Positions 13,801 through 27,147 of a stretch of 64,000 nucleotides of DNA are shown piece by piece (positions within the stretch are counted from its first letter, which is position 1; every line of letters begins with the position of its first letter). The notes beneath the pieces are model-generated. The model saw only the letters and a list, made by a program, of their open reading frames with translations. It was not told the DNA's origin and ran no database searches. Location of the stretch: the NCBI RefSeq assembly GCF_006345805.1, contig NC_042999.1, positions 141,298,001 to 141,362,000 on the forward strand. Direction: 5' to 3'. Both the position numbers and the translations under genes were made by a program. Source of the DNA: Octopus sinensis. Taxonomy: Eukaryota.

Positions 13801-14441
13801 CTACCAAATGTGAGTATATTATTACAACACTGAATACTGCAGTATTCACCTTGAGAAATCCTTTCATATAGACATATGGTTCTAAGAGCACAGACATATG
13901 TCATAGCTGATGAGAACCATCTGATATGGAGGCTGGAACTGTCAGATCACATGATTTCAGCATACTGCATTTTCTTAGTGGCAGGCATCCAGCCCCACAA
14001 ACCAGCCAAATCTCGTTGCCAAAGATATATAGAATAACAATAACTTTCCAGTCACTGATGCTGAAATAGCCAGCAGGCTTATTAAAAATGAAATATTAAG
14101 AATAGAAGCAATATTAATACTAAATAGCAATCTTCATATCCTACTAAATGTGGATGTGTTATTAGAATGCTAAATACAAGCCTGCTGTGACTCAAAAGTC
14201 ACTGTTATTTTATTTATCATTGGCAGTGTTATTTGGCTGGTGTATAGGACCAGACTCCTGCTACTGAGAATGCACAGTACCCTGAAATCATGCGATCAGG
14301 CAGTTCTGACATCCATACCAGACAATTCTTGTATACTGTGATAAATATATGCTCTTAGCACTGTAAATCTATATGAGAAAATCTCACAAGGAAAATACTG
14401 CAGTATTCAGCATTCTAATAACACATCCATATTTAGTAGAA
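13801..14441. mobile_element. Two oppositely oriented copies of one ~300-bp MITE-like element
   Basis: 14141-14171 and 14409-14439 are 31-bp TIRs (1 mismatch); 13801-14060 aligns to the reverse complement of 14175-14440. Confidence 0.65.
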
Positions 14442-14704
14442 TAATTAGTTAATTTATTATTGCATTATAACAAAGAGCTAAGCTCTTGTATGCTGCTTGC
14501 TACAATACATTTATCCTAAAATGTAGTTTCTCTGTATCTAGTCAAAAAAGAAACTGTTTTTATCACCATCATCGACAATGTCAGAGACAGCAGTGGAAGC
14601 ATCAGTGATGGCTGCAAACATCATCCACTTTCCTTACTGGTATTGGTTGAATGGGTCAACACAGTCGCCACAAATTTTTATTTGGCATTATTGCACTCCT
14701 AAGC

Positions 14705-17700
14705 TCAGTTCTCTGAATGTGCTTCACCTGAACATTCCATATTGATAGGGTTTCTAAGGTCGAATGAATATAAAGGAAAGTTTTTTTTTTAACAGTCATA
14801 GTTTAAAAATTGATTTAAAAACTCAGATATACATGTTTACATGTGTGTATGTGTGTTGGGTTTTATTAGAGAATAGCTCTAATTCTAGCAACTATCACTT
14901 AATGCAAAGTCATTGCAAAACTGGTTTTTCACCATTATCACAACTCTGTCTAATTTCAAATATGAAACAAATTCTTGCTTTTATTTCTTCTTTTTCTTTT
15001 TTCTTTCATATACTTCAATTAACGCAACATTTCATTAACCAAGTGCCTCACCAAAATAATTAGTCTTTTCTTTATTTCATGACTAAAGTAAATATGTTTT
15101 GTGTGTGTGTGTTTATATTTCCAATTCACTTTATGCCAATGCAAACTCTCTACTGCTGAACCAATTCTAGTGAAAATGTTTACCTTGGGTAAAAGTATCT
15201 GACATTAATAAAATAGAGAAATAAGTGAGTATCATGGCAAGTTCTAATTTCAGCAGTATCTTTCAGTATAAATGTTTCTGAATGTCACTTCTTCTCAAGA
15301 GACATGTTTTATAAAGCAAGGTGTGTTATTTATGTATATGTAACATACCTAGCCTTCTTGTGAATGTCATTTTTAATTAAAACCCAAACTGGCAAGCTAA
15401 TGAGAACACCTTATATATATATATACACAATAGTATTACAATTGTAAGCCTTCTTAGACTCTCCATAGATCCTAAATTATAAACATCCTCTTACAGATTA
15501 GTTTCAAGTCTTAGTTTTAGTAGATTTGCATCACTGAAAGTCTGTTCTTTTCTAATGAGATTCACCACTTATTGCAGAATTTCGTTTAGATAAGTGAAAT
15601 TTATGTACTTCATACTTTCAGTTAATAAAACATTTCATCAGTTTATATAGTTTTCCCTCACTAATTACAAACCTTATTGATGACTGGACTAGTTCGTTTT
15701 GCACTAATAGGTATCTAGACTGTCTTTAAATCAGAGACATAACAGCACAGTATCACAAAGGGGACTGAAGTGTAGACCCTTCAGTTGTCAAACCAATGCC
15801 TTAATGAGTCAGCTAGTTGGTGATTATGGTGATTTCTATAACTCATAAGGCCATGTGAACATCCTGAATCCATTGTCTTCATGTAGAATATCTTAGGAAA
15901 GTTACCTTAGCAGAGTGTCTTTCTTCAAGCTATACTCATAGAAGTTGCACTCAGTACTGAAAGTAACAAATAACTTGCAATTTTATTCTTGCTTCTTCCA
16001 GCTGTGCTCATTAACTAGATGGTTGAGTGACAGTCATTAGTGTTGGACAAAATAATTTGTAAGGCTTGTTCCAGCACTTTGAGCTCTGATTCCAAATGCC
16101 AGTGCAGGGAAATATTCCTCATATCTTTTTGAGGCCAATAAATAAAATACCAAGTATTAGGGTCTGTTTTTCTTTCTCTCTCTCCCTCTTCCTCTCACAC
16201 ACATACTTTCTTCCTTGAAAATATTACATGTGTTTAGAGCCAGAAAGGGTTGCACTCTACTAGGTTTAAAGTTAAAACACAATGAATGTCACATCAGCAC
16301 CTTTACATCTCTATCAGGCACTAAGAACCCTACCCACCCACTTTAAAGTGATCCCAAGTGTAGATACAGTTCACTTATTATCAGTATCTATAGTAGATAT
16401 AACATTCCAGAGTTAGAAATCTTCAACATGAGCATTGCACAGCATTTGTTATGTGCTAAAAATCATTCAGTCTCCAATTAATACCCCAATATTCTACTAA
16501 TTCGAAGTGTGGCAAGAGATAAAAATGAGCCACAAAACACATTGAAACACTTCTGAAGAATTTTATCATTTTGTTGTGTAGCAAGAGCAAGAAATGCTTG
16601 CTAAACCCCATCTCTCTTCAAACCATACTTACAGGTAGATTTCAAGTCATCCCCTTAATCAAAAAAATTCTCATTATTATTACAGTGTTACAGTTACTGC
16701 TTGCATCAATGTTGCACCTAATTAATACAGTGGAATCTCAGTTTACAAATTCAATTCATTCCTGAAGGCTGTTCATCTCTTGAAATGTTTGTAAACCAAA
16801 ACTATTCTTCTGATTGGAAATTCAAGCAAGAATGTACACTGAGCAAAAGCTAGACAGCAACTGATGCTCTCCTGCTGATACTCCCAGCTTGCACCCCAAC
16901 CGTTGTTGCCAGCTGGCATGTTCATTACTTGAGACTGTTCGTCACCTGAGACATTTTATGTTCGAAAAATTGTTCATAAACCAATTTGTTCATGATGAGA
17001 GATGTTCATAAACCAAAGTTCCACTGTATTTTGTGGACTGGGGTATTTAAGAGTTAAATGTCTTGACCGTTGACATTGTGCTGTATCAGTAATAGATTAT
17101 GCATCTCTCACCTTTTACCTAGTACCTAGCAGTTCAACACCCAATCAAATCAACCATCTTTACCGACCAGTTAGTTGGATATGTCCATTATGATAATAAT
17201 GTAAAGCTTAGTTTCAATCACAAAATGAGTTCAGGCTTCATAAGAAGTTTATCAATAATTTTTCATGTTGGGATCACATAAAAACTTCATATAGTAGTGC
17301 TTGGAGGAGAACTAGCCTGCTACAGAGTCAGGGAGTGTAAGGGGAGGACTATCTATACATAACTATTTATGTATATGCAGAGAGAGAGGGGGGGATAGAG
17401 TGAGAGAGGCTGACAGATACACAGATAGAAAGAAAATACATGGAGGAGGCTATAAGTGTAAATATGTGTTTATATATGCATTTACACATGTGTATGTATA
17501 CAGACACACTCATACACTCTCTCTTTCTCCCTCTCTCTCTCTCACACACACACAAATACATATATGGGGAATGTATGGTTGAGAGATAGATTAATATACT
17601 CAGTCCTACAAAAGTTTAGCTATTTATCCTGAAAAAGAATTTATGACAATAACCATAGCATTAAAAAACTAACAGTCCCATAAAAACCTAAACCTACATT

Positions 17701-17938
17701 TATTACTTAGGTTCAAATACACGTTAGAACTTGTATGTAAAATATTCAAATAAGATTAAAAATCAATGTCAATGTGAAGTCATTATAACATTTTTTTACT
17801 ATATCAGCAGAATTGCTGTTGTTAAAATAATCTGGAATGCGAAACTATTGTTGTTAAACCCAGTGCAAGAATTCTGGTTTCTTTAGCTTCCTTCCACCTT
17901 ACTCACAGAAAAAGACAGATGTCTGAGACATGGGGCAT
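14705..17938 (-). CDS. Candidate 4-exon small ORF (48 aa), unknown product
   Basis: Predicted exons 17938-17907, 15956-15906, 15198-15184, 14753-14705, all GT-AG and phase 2; AATAAA at 14682-14677; no homology recognised. Confidence 0.3.
16728..17026. mobile_element. Tigger/pogo-type MITE
   Basis: TA|CAGTGGAATCTCAGTTT ... AAACCAAAGTTCCACTG|TA. Confidence 0.75.
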
Positions 17939-18380
17939 AACTCTTGAATGCCTTAGTTTGCCGAGTTGCCAACAAGTTTTATTTCATTCATAGAACTGGC
18001 GTGTTACCAGTTGGAATAACAAATAACAATAAAATAACGGCTTCATCATCACCATATCTATTTCCTTCCATGATGGTATTAAGATAAACTATACCTTAAT
18101 ACCATCCTCCATTTTTTTTCTTTCGTGAGTCGTGATTAAACCGTCTCAAACTTTACTTTACATGTCTTGATTTTTCTCGGCCTTCGGTATCTTACACCGT
18201 CAATATTCAAAAGCATGTTTAACTAAATGAACGTTGCATATTTACATGCCAGCAAAGATGTCTTCCATACAGATATTGTCTATTATTTTTAAGGTCATGT
18301 CATATTGACGAATTCTTTGTTCTCTATCTTTTATGTAAGTCAACGTAAATTCATCTATGATTATAACAGTTCCGATTTTT
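17840..18380. promoter_or_regulatory. Local CpG-retaining patch, possible promoter
   Basis: About 13 CpG in ~550 bp versus a similar number across the preceding ~3.3 kb (hand count); no known TE recognised here. Confidence 0.35.
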
Positions 18381-21300
18381 TAGATTGAACAAATTTTTAG
18401 GAAACATCTTCTGGAATGAAATCATTGTACTTGATTGGATTTATTTTCTTAAGGACAAAAGGCCAAGTAAACTACAACAAAATTTGAACTTATACAAGTA
18501 AATTAGCAAATGGCCATATGACAGTTTTTATTGCATATTAACCAATAATAAATATACAAAATGACTAGTGGAAGATAATTCAGGTTCCACTACTTCAGGG
18601 TTTTGTTCCATTCAGCTATGAAAGCAGTGACCTTCCCATTTACTGCAGCATCAAGGATGTGGGAAGCAAGAGTCTGTCTGAGACCTCCCAGATGGGGCAC
18701 ACTCTCACATATCTATCATACCCAACTGTCAGCTATTCAAATTTCTCTCACCATCACTTGCTCGTCACCCCTTCCCCATTTCTAAACATCTCTCTTCACT
18801 CTTATGGAACATCCTCCCTCTATCCCTTTTGTACTACTTTTACTCACCCCACTACTGCTATCTCCAATACTACCTATTTCTCTCTCACTGTCTATCTTTC
18901 TAGCTCTAGTTCTTTGTCCCACTGGGGTAGCTAAATATCTCCTCTATAGTAAGACACATATTTCTCCCTCAATTATACGTTACCCTTTCACCTGACACAA
19001 AGCCACTTCCCATGGTTCCACTCCAACTGAGGGGTCTTTGGCTCTCAAGTTACTTGGCAACCTTGCTGCTGCTAGTGCCACATACAAAGCATAGTACACT
19101 CTGTAAAGTGACTGGCATTAAAAAGGACATCCAGCTATAGAAACCATGCCAAAGCATCTCCAGTTCCTGTCAAACTATCCAATCCATTCTGACATGGAAG
19201 ACAGACATTAAATGATGATCTCTTTGCAGGGAAAGTAAACAAAGATAAACCACAAACATCAGCATAAAAGACAATCTGAACTTGTTTTTTTTATTTTTTA
19301 CTTACTGAAGATTTATTTCAAAGGTTTACTGCAGAATGCTAATGGCTTCAAATTTTGGCACAAGGCCAGCAATTTCGGAGGAGGGGGAAAGTTGATTACA
19401 TCAACCCGAGTTTAACTGGTACTTATTTTAGCAAACTCAAAAGAATGCAAGGCAAAGTTGATGTGAGTAGAGCTTAAAGTATTGAGATATTAAGCATATA
19501 GCTATAAGTTCAAATCTAACAACAGCCACTGTGTTGTCTTTCTGAGCAAGGTACACAACTTGTTTGTGTCTAGTTTGAGCAGTTGGCTGTAGGAAAGACA
19601 TCCAGTTATATAAATAATTGTTCTAATAAAAAAAAAATCCTCTCACTCATTTAAACAGGAAAATGGATGTAAATCATTAAAGGTCTAAAAACTTATTTCA
19701 AGTTAATTTGAACTAGGAACTTAATGACGGACGAAATACCACTGAGCATTTTACTTGACATGCTAATAATTCTGCCAGTTCACCACCTTAATAATAATAA
19801 TAATAATCCTTTCTATTATAGGTACAAGGTCTGAAATTTGGGGGGAGGGGGCTAAGTTGATTATATTAACCCTGGTATTCAACTGGTACTTAATTTATCA
19901 ACCTCAAAAGAATTGAAAGGCAGAGTCGAACTTTACAGAATTTGAACTCAGAACATAAAGATGGTTCAAATGCTGCAAAGCATTTTGCTTGGTATGGTAA
20001 CAATTCTGCCAGCTCATCAGCTTAACAATAATAATCCTTTCTACTATAGTAGTATTAAAGTATACTACTATAGTAGAAAGGATTATTATTAGCATGTTGG
20101 GCGAAATTCTTAGTGGTATTTTGTCTGTCTACATGTTCTGGGTTCAAATTCCACCAAGGTCAACTTTGCCTTTCATCCTCTCGGGGTTGATAAAATAAGT
20201 ACCAGTCAAGTACTAGGTCGATGTAATTGACTATCCACTTCCCCAAAATTTCAGGCCCAGGATGCTAATGATTCTGCCAGCTCACCACCTTAACAACAAT
20301 AAATAATAATAAGGGTTTCAAATTTATTGCTTCCAGATTTTGGCACAAGGTCAGTAATTTCAGAGAAGTTGATTACATTGGTTTTACAATTCAATTGATA
20401 CTTATTCTATTGACCCTGGAATGATGAAAGCCAGAGTCAACCATGGCAGAATTTGAACTCAGAATGTAAAGCCAGATGAAATGCTACTAAGCATTTCGAT
20501 AGGCATGCTAATTATTCTGCCAGCACACCACCTTAATAATAACAACATCAACAACAGCAATAACAACAATACTTTCTAGGTAAAAAAAACCCACAGATCT
20601 TTATTTTATCAACACAATACCTCAGATCTTAATTTGTCAGATCGTAATTCCTCAGAGATTTATAAGAAGCAAATGTTTGGTAAATTGTGATGCTCATGGC
20701 TTTCCTAAAGGCATTAGGGGTTGCAGAGGCATGAAAATAGTTTCTGCTGGGAATCAAAATCAAGTGATAAAATTAGTTCACTAAACTGTATCTGGCACCT
20801 ATCATAATAACAATAATATATTTTACATAATTGAATTGGTAAGGAACAGGAAAATAGGAAGCTATGATGCTGCAAGAAAATTAGCTATAAAAGTTAATGT
20901 GGTTCAGTTGGAAGTATGAAATGAGGCAGTTGAATCCACTGTGGATTCATTACCATAGCACCATGGCATTTACCACAATAATGTTTAAAACATAAAGCCT
21001 CAAATTTATAGGAAGAAGGAATGAGTTTATGTGGCAATAATGCTTCAGTCAGGAATGAAAATATTAATTGAAAAAACAACTTGCCATCACAACAATAGCA
21101 CTCATCACAATAATAATAATCTCTAAGGTTGGCAAAAGGCCAGGAATTTGTAGAAATGAAGTGTAATCAACAGATTCAAACTTAGACATTACTGTTTTTT
21201 TTTTTTCATTTTATCAATCCCAGTGAGATGAACAGTAAAGTTGATCTTCATGGGATTTGAATTCAAAAACATAAAAGGACTTAATTAATGCCAATCAATG

Positions 21301-22206
21301 TACTTAATCTGGCATTCCAGTATTTCAGGTGAATTAGTCCTTTTATGATTAAAATAATAATTAGGAAATGGTGAAGTTTCCACATGGAAATCTTCTGAGA
21401 TTCATCCTCCAATTATTTTTGATCCAGATTTTTTTTTTTTTTAATTCTCATATTGTTCAAATTGGGCTTACAACTATTTTTTTTTTATATAGCTTATTTA
21501 GATTTTCATATATATTTTAAATTTTATTTTTAAAATACTGTTCCAGCATGACCGCAGCCACATGGCTGGAATGTATAAAAGAATATATGTTTTTTGAGAT
21601 TTAAAGCTCAATTATAGATTCAGTAAGAGCTTGATATGTGAATAATTTTCCAAGACTGAGAATCTGTTTTGATTAATTTTAAAAGATTTCAACTGCAAGG
21701 AAATAGCACATAATTTGGTGCACATCTCTTTATAAACACATACAAATCTGTGCATGTGTAAATGTGTGTATGTATAAATGTTAGTGTATGTCTGTAACAT
21801 GTAGCTAATACCGAAGTGGTGAGAGAGAAGAAACTGGTGGGGAAAAAAAGAGAAAGAAAGAAAGAGACAGAATATTCTAGAAAAAAGTTAATATAACAGT
21901 ACAATTTGTGAATAATAATAGTATAATTTAACAGCTTAGTGAGAGAAAGAGATGGAGGAGAGAAGAGGGATTAAGACTATATTGGGAAAGAAACTCAATG
22001 ATAGATGGGATAAAGAATAATATGTTAGAGGCAGGCAATGAGTAAGCCCAGTCACAACAGGGGCTATACATTAGTCTAGCCACAGCAAGGGCCTTAAGTG
22101 AGTTTGATAAAGACAAAAGAACCATTTAAGAAATTGGAAGAAATGAGAAAAATTCCAACACCAGCAGCATTAGCAACAATAAGAGTGTTTGTTTGTTTTA
22201 TACTTT

Positions 22207-22316
22207 TTAACTGATAACTTTGAGTTCTCTGCCAATATTTATGAATGCAGACACAGCACGATCAATATCTTCCTCAGAATGAGCACCTGAGATTTGAACC
22301 CTGATCCGAGCTTTAC
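22207..22316 (-). CDS. GCAT: GCAT last coding exon
   Basis: ttttcag|(G)KARIRVQISGAHSEEDIDRAVSAFINIGRELKVIS-TAA; the 11 exons sum to 1238 nt with all phases compatible. Confidence 0.95.
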
Positions 22317-23233
22317 CTGAAAAATAAACAAATGCAAAATGAAGCTAAATTGGTGAAAATATAAGAATCAAGAAGAGAGGGAGTAACAAAGAGAGGCATG
22401 GTAGTCATTAGGCTTGATAATGATTGAGATTATTTTGAAGTTATTTAAATATTTTTTCGTTATCTGTTTTGTACCTTCATAAAAATCAGGACTTTCTTTT
22501 CTTATACAGTAGCAGTAAAATAGCCCAGTAATGAGATTGGATTATTAATGCAGATTAGATAGTCAAATTCTCTGCAGTTATTTGTGATGTCTTAAAGTAT
22601 GCTTTCCACTTCTATATTGCTTCAATTACCATGTTGTACAATAAATACATATTGCACAACTGGTATCTTAGTTAGGAGAGGGCATGTCTGTTATTTGCTC
22701 AACAGTATCAAAACTGAAATTGAACAAAATCTTATACTGAATCTTAAAGTGGCAAAGTTATTTTTTTCAATTCCAGTCCATGGTTCCAGGTTCAGTCTCA
22801 TAGCTTTGTACTAAGGGCAAACATCTTCAACTATAGCCCTGATCTGACCAAAGCAGACAGGATAGCTGTGCTAGCATGGAAAACAAACATTAAACGATGA
22901 TCTTGATGATTGATGAAGCAGCCCTTGGATGACATTTACCTGTTTTTTTTATATGGAACACCAGCAGTTATCAATGCAGCAAGTCTTCCTTCACAGTAGC
23001 TTTGATGTTGTCCAAGGGTAAGGCAAAAGCTGATACAGCTTGGCACTAGTGCCATCACTGACAAACTAAGTATATCAATTATATACTGCCATCTTGTGCC
23101 ATTTTATCCAGCTGGTTTCATTAATTCAATACTTGGTAATAACTACAAAGATTAGTATGTTTTTCTATATGTCTCACTCACTCAGTCTCTCTCTCTTTCA
23201 TTACAGATACTGGAAAAATGAAAAGAAACCAAC

Positions 23234-23281
23234 CTATTGGCACAACTGGATAACTGAAACCAATTACATAGATGCCTTGCT
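23234..23281 (-). CDS. GCAT: GCAT exon
   Basis: ctacag|(Q)QGIYVIGFSYPVVPI|gttggt; 48 nt. Confidence 0.93.
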
Positions 23282-24243
23282 CTGTAGAAATAATGAAACA
23301 GAAAAATCATAAACATATTCAAATGTGAAAAAAAACAAATTTTACTTGGCCTAGTAAAACAGAAGTACAGAAATTATGAGGATTCCTCATCATTATCATT
23401 GATTCAATGTTTTATCTGTAGCAGTCATGCTGGTATGTGCTGGATGTGAGAATCTCATACATTAGAATCTCCTTGTACAATTTCTAGGTGGTCTAAATGT
23501 GATATTAAATTTAGCATTGAGTCACTTTGCCTGCATTTTTCTAGTCTGGCAAGAGAGAAGCCCACTCAGGCTGACTTCATCTACAAACACTGCATGAGGA
23601 TAACATGATGGCTCAATGACTAATTAAAGCTTATCAAACCAGTTTCATTCCAAATGTCATACAATGCAATACTGATTTCTCACATAGGCATCTTTTCTAT
23701 ACCTTTACAAATGCTATATCCATTGCAGACATGACAAGGAGAATGTCAAAGAAAACTACTGTAATGCCCTTCATTCTGAAACTATAACAGTGTCATACAT
23801 GCCCACAAGTTATATTCAGATGAAATTTTTGGAGAAAAAAGAAAAATGTTCCATATTGACAATGAAGGACATTTTTGGAAAGATGTCTAACCACACCTGT
23901 CATCCCAGAACATTTTCTCTTTGGAATTCTCACCCTACAGTTGTTGACTTGCAACATTTTAGGTAGAATAATAATAGTGTCAATCTTACATGGCTTGTGA
24001 GAGCCTTTCCCTGAACCAAGCTAGTAATAAAAAAGGGAGACTCATTGAATTGGGAATGGTTTAAACCTAGTACCTTAAAATTCTAATATAAGTATTTATT
24101 ACTAAACTGTTGCCTTCTCTAATGACAGCCATAATCAAAGCAAACATTTAAATAAAATGCTGTATTTAGGAAATTTCAATATCAAAAAATGGCTTAAAAT
24201 AAAGACCATCTCTTTTTAAATCTACAAAAGTTTGATTACTTAC

Positions 24244-24322
24244 GCAGCATTTTATCAGCAAAATTTGAAGCAAGTCGAGCATCTCCCAGCATCACAGGAC
24301 AAATTGGATGGTCAGGATCACC
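24244..24322 (-). CDS. GCAT: GCAT exon
   Basis: ctttag|GDPDHPICPVMLGDARLASNFADKML|gtaagt; 79 nt. Confidence 0.95.
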
Positions 24323-26396
24323 CTAAAGAGTAAAATGCAAAAAAATATTAAACCTTATTAAGAAAAGTAGATTAATAATATCATGAGTGTCTTGTTCATC
24401 TCTTCTCATTTTTTAAGAGGGAGGAGGGCAGGCAGGCAGATATAGATATATGGTTTTATTTTTAAATTGGCAGAGAATGAAAATTTATAGAGGTATAGAG
24501 GATTGAATCCAGGACACAACACTTCTCTTATTAAGTTTAATGAAATGAATGGCAAAGTCAATCTGCAGAATTCTAATTCATAACATTAGTGATGAATTGG
24601 GGTAGTCATTAGAGCGCTGTATAGAATACCTCATGGTTTTGTACCAACTTAATGTATCCTGAATTCAAATGCCACTGAGATCAACTTTGCCTTTCATCAT
24701 CAATAAAATATCAACCCAGAGTGATGGATTAGTAAACACATAAGAAAATCATGTCAGATGCTTTATGGTATTTGTTCTACCCCTTTGTTTTGAGTTCAAA
24801 TTCTGCCATTGCCTACTTGGGGGGTAAACTTAATCTAATGCCTGGTTTAATACCTCTATCTTGCACTTTTGGGGCAGACCCTGACCTACTGCAAATATTT
24901 GGGCCAGCTTTCATGTTTGAGAATAACTTTCTTCTTCCCTCTAGTTTTGGATACCATGTAATGGGTCATGACTTCCTTACTGACTAAAAGATGAGAAAAA
25001 ACAGAGTCATTCTATTGTTATATATTCTACATTTTATATATATACATTTACAAGTATATATAAGGCCTCCATCTATCAGGATTGATCATGAATCAACTCT
25101 TGCAATGTTCCTTTTTATGGTGCAGGTCTGGGCATGTTTTTTTTGTTTTTTTTATGGAAGACCAGCCGTTATCAATGCAGCAAGTCTTCCTTCACAATGG
25201 CTTTGATGTTATCCAAGGGGAAGGCAAAAGCTGATACAGCTTGGCACCAGTGTCATCACTGACAAACTCAGAATATGAAGGGCTGAAGCAAAAAACTGCA
25301 AGGTATTTTTGCCCCAAGTTCCAACAACTTTGCCAATCTAGAATTCTCAAGAACTGCTGAAAGCTTAATATTCAGGTTTTCCAAAGATATTAATAGAAAT
25401 ATCAGGCTACTAATAGAAGTCCTTGTTGGTCAATTTCCACAGCAAAGCTAAATATGGATATGAGTTCTTATATTTATCTACAGTATTTTTCTGTCAACAT
25501 AATTGTTGTAGTTTTAAGGAAGATAACTCAAACTTTATGAGTTAAAGAGGAATCATAATGGCTGTTTATTTTTCACCCTTGTCAGGAAAGAAACAATTTC
25601 TACCAGACCCAAAAGAACAATAAGACTGTATACCTATTTGAAATTTCAAAGCTGTTGTTCATGAATATTCTCTTTTTATACTTATATGTATCAGTAAAGT
25701 ATATAAGTATTAGCAAGAAAACCATACAATCAGTGCATTTTGAACAAAATTCTTTGTGATAATTGTTGTACATTAAGTTATTCTTGCTGTCAGAAATGCA
25801 GTGAACCAGTGATTGACCCATTAGAAACTTGTAACCAATATTATTGTTCACCCAGGACTGATTCTGGAGACTAGATTCCAGACACAGAACAGATTCAGGG
25901 GAAAGGTTGTGAGTCTAAAATAAGCAAGCATGAGCAACAATGGCAATGACCTAGTAGGGCCACAGGCTCCAACTGAAACATAATAAATTAATAGAAGGAC
26001 ACAGGCATACATGTGAGGCTAAGTCCCACTGCATGGCACCTTGGGCAAGTGTCTTCTACTATAGCCCTAAGCTAAACAAAGCTTTGTGAGTAGACTTGGT
26101 AGACAGAAACTGAAAGAAGCCCATTGAGTGTGTGTGTGTGTGTACATGCATACCTCCTTATCTTGATATTATGTGGTAGCTATAAATGTCATTTCCAATC
26201 TTCTGTAAAAACCTGTCAGACCATGGGAAATATTACCTAGCTTGGAAACAGGTGAAGGTTAGTGAAAGGAAGTGCACCCTACTGTAGAAAATTTACTTCA
26301 ATAAAATGACCATGCAAGCATGGAAAAGTGGACATTAGAAAATGATAATGATGATGAATGCAGTTAATGAGATAGATAAAAAGAAGTAAAACTTAC

Positions 26397-26498
26397 AGAC
26401 ATAGTAAAGCCAGCATTGACCATCTGAGTTCGAAAACGTTTTGTATTTGACAGAACCTTACCAGTCAGGCTGTCATCTTGCATGATAAGATCTAATGC
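26397..26498 (-). CDS. GCAT: GCAT exon
   Basis: tttttag|ALDLIMQDDSLTGKVLSNTKRFRTQMVNAGFTMS|gtaagt; 102 nt. Confidence 0.93.
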
Positions 26499-26641
26499 CT
26501 AAAAAAAGAGAAAAACCAATCAATAAAAGCTATCACATTACATTAGGTACATTATGAACGTATACCTTGTCTATTGTAAACAGTATACAGCTAGAAGTAT
26601 ATATTGAAGGTGTGATTTTACAGCTACACTTTTTATAAATA

Positions 26642-27147
26642 TTGTAAATCCTCAAGTATAATCCGCATTTTTTTCCCCAAAAATTTAAAGGTCAAAATCC
26701 CTAGTGCATACTATATACGAGGTTAAAAATGAAAAATATTTTCTAAGCAATGTCCGAGTCTCTATTTGCTGTCCGGCAATGTTTATTCAGATGCATTTTG
26801 TGATGTCGGGCACGAAAATACCTTAAGCTAAGCCTGAAAGCAATGAAGTCATAAAAGAATCCTCCATAACTTGCAGTAAGCAACATTAATTAAAATAAAA
26901 GTATTCAGAACACAGAATAACATGTGACAAAAACAATTTGCAAACATATTTACATTCCCATATAACAGTTAAGAACATCACCATTATTGTATTACACATG
27001 CATGGAAGTGTTTGTTCGACTAGGTGCTGCTGGCTTAATTATGCACAACTCAAGTAGAGAAGAGGTACGTTTTATACACAAAGCTTAGGTTTATCAGAGG
27101 TAGAGCCCCCTAAAAATCCCCTGCGTATTATACTCGAGGATTTATGG
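26642..27147. mobile_element. Non-autonomous pogo/TcMar element
   Basis: TIRs (TT)GTAAATCCTCAAGTATAATCCGCA and TGCGTATTATACTCGAGGATTTATGG, TA-flanked. Confidence 0.7.

Noticed and set aside
15798-15851. Pre-miRNA-like hairpin
   Set aside because: Only about 15 bp with bulges and a large loop; too weak without small-RNA data
16634-16654. Extra 21-nt exon for the candidate micro-gene
   Set aside because: Good donor but weak acceptor, and only phase 1-1 is open, which does not fit the phase-2 chain; could matter only if the transcript is non-coding
23094-23312. Plus-strand 72-aa ORF
   Set aside because: Antisense shadow of a GCAT exon plus intron sequence
25790-25910. Plus-strand exon-like segment (KCSEPVIDPLETCNQYYCSPR)
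   Set aside because: In-frame stop before any donor and no recognisable homology
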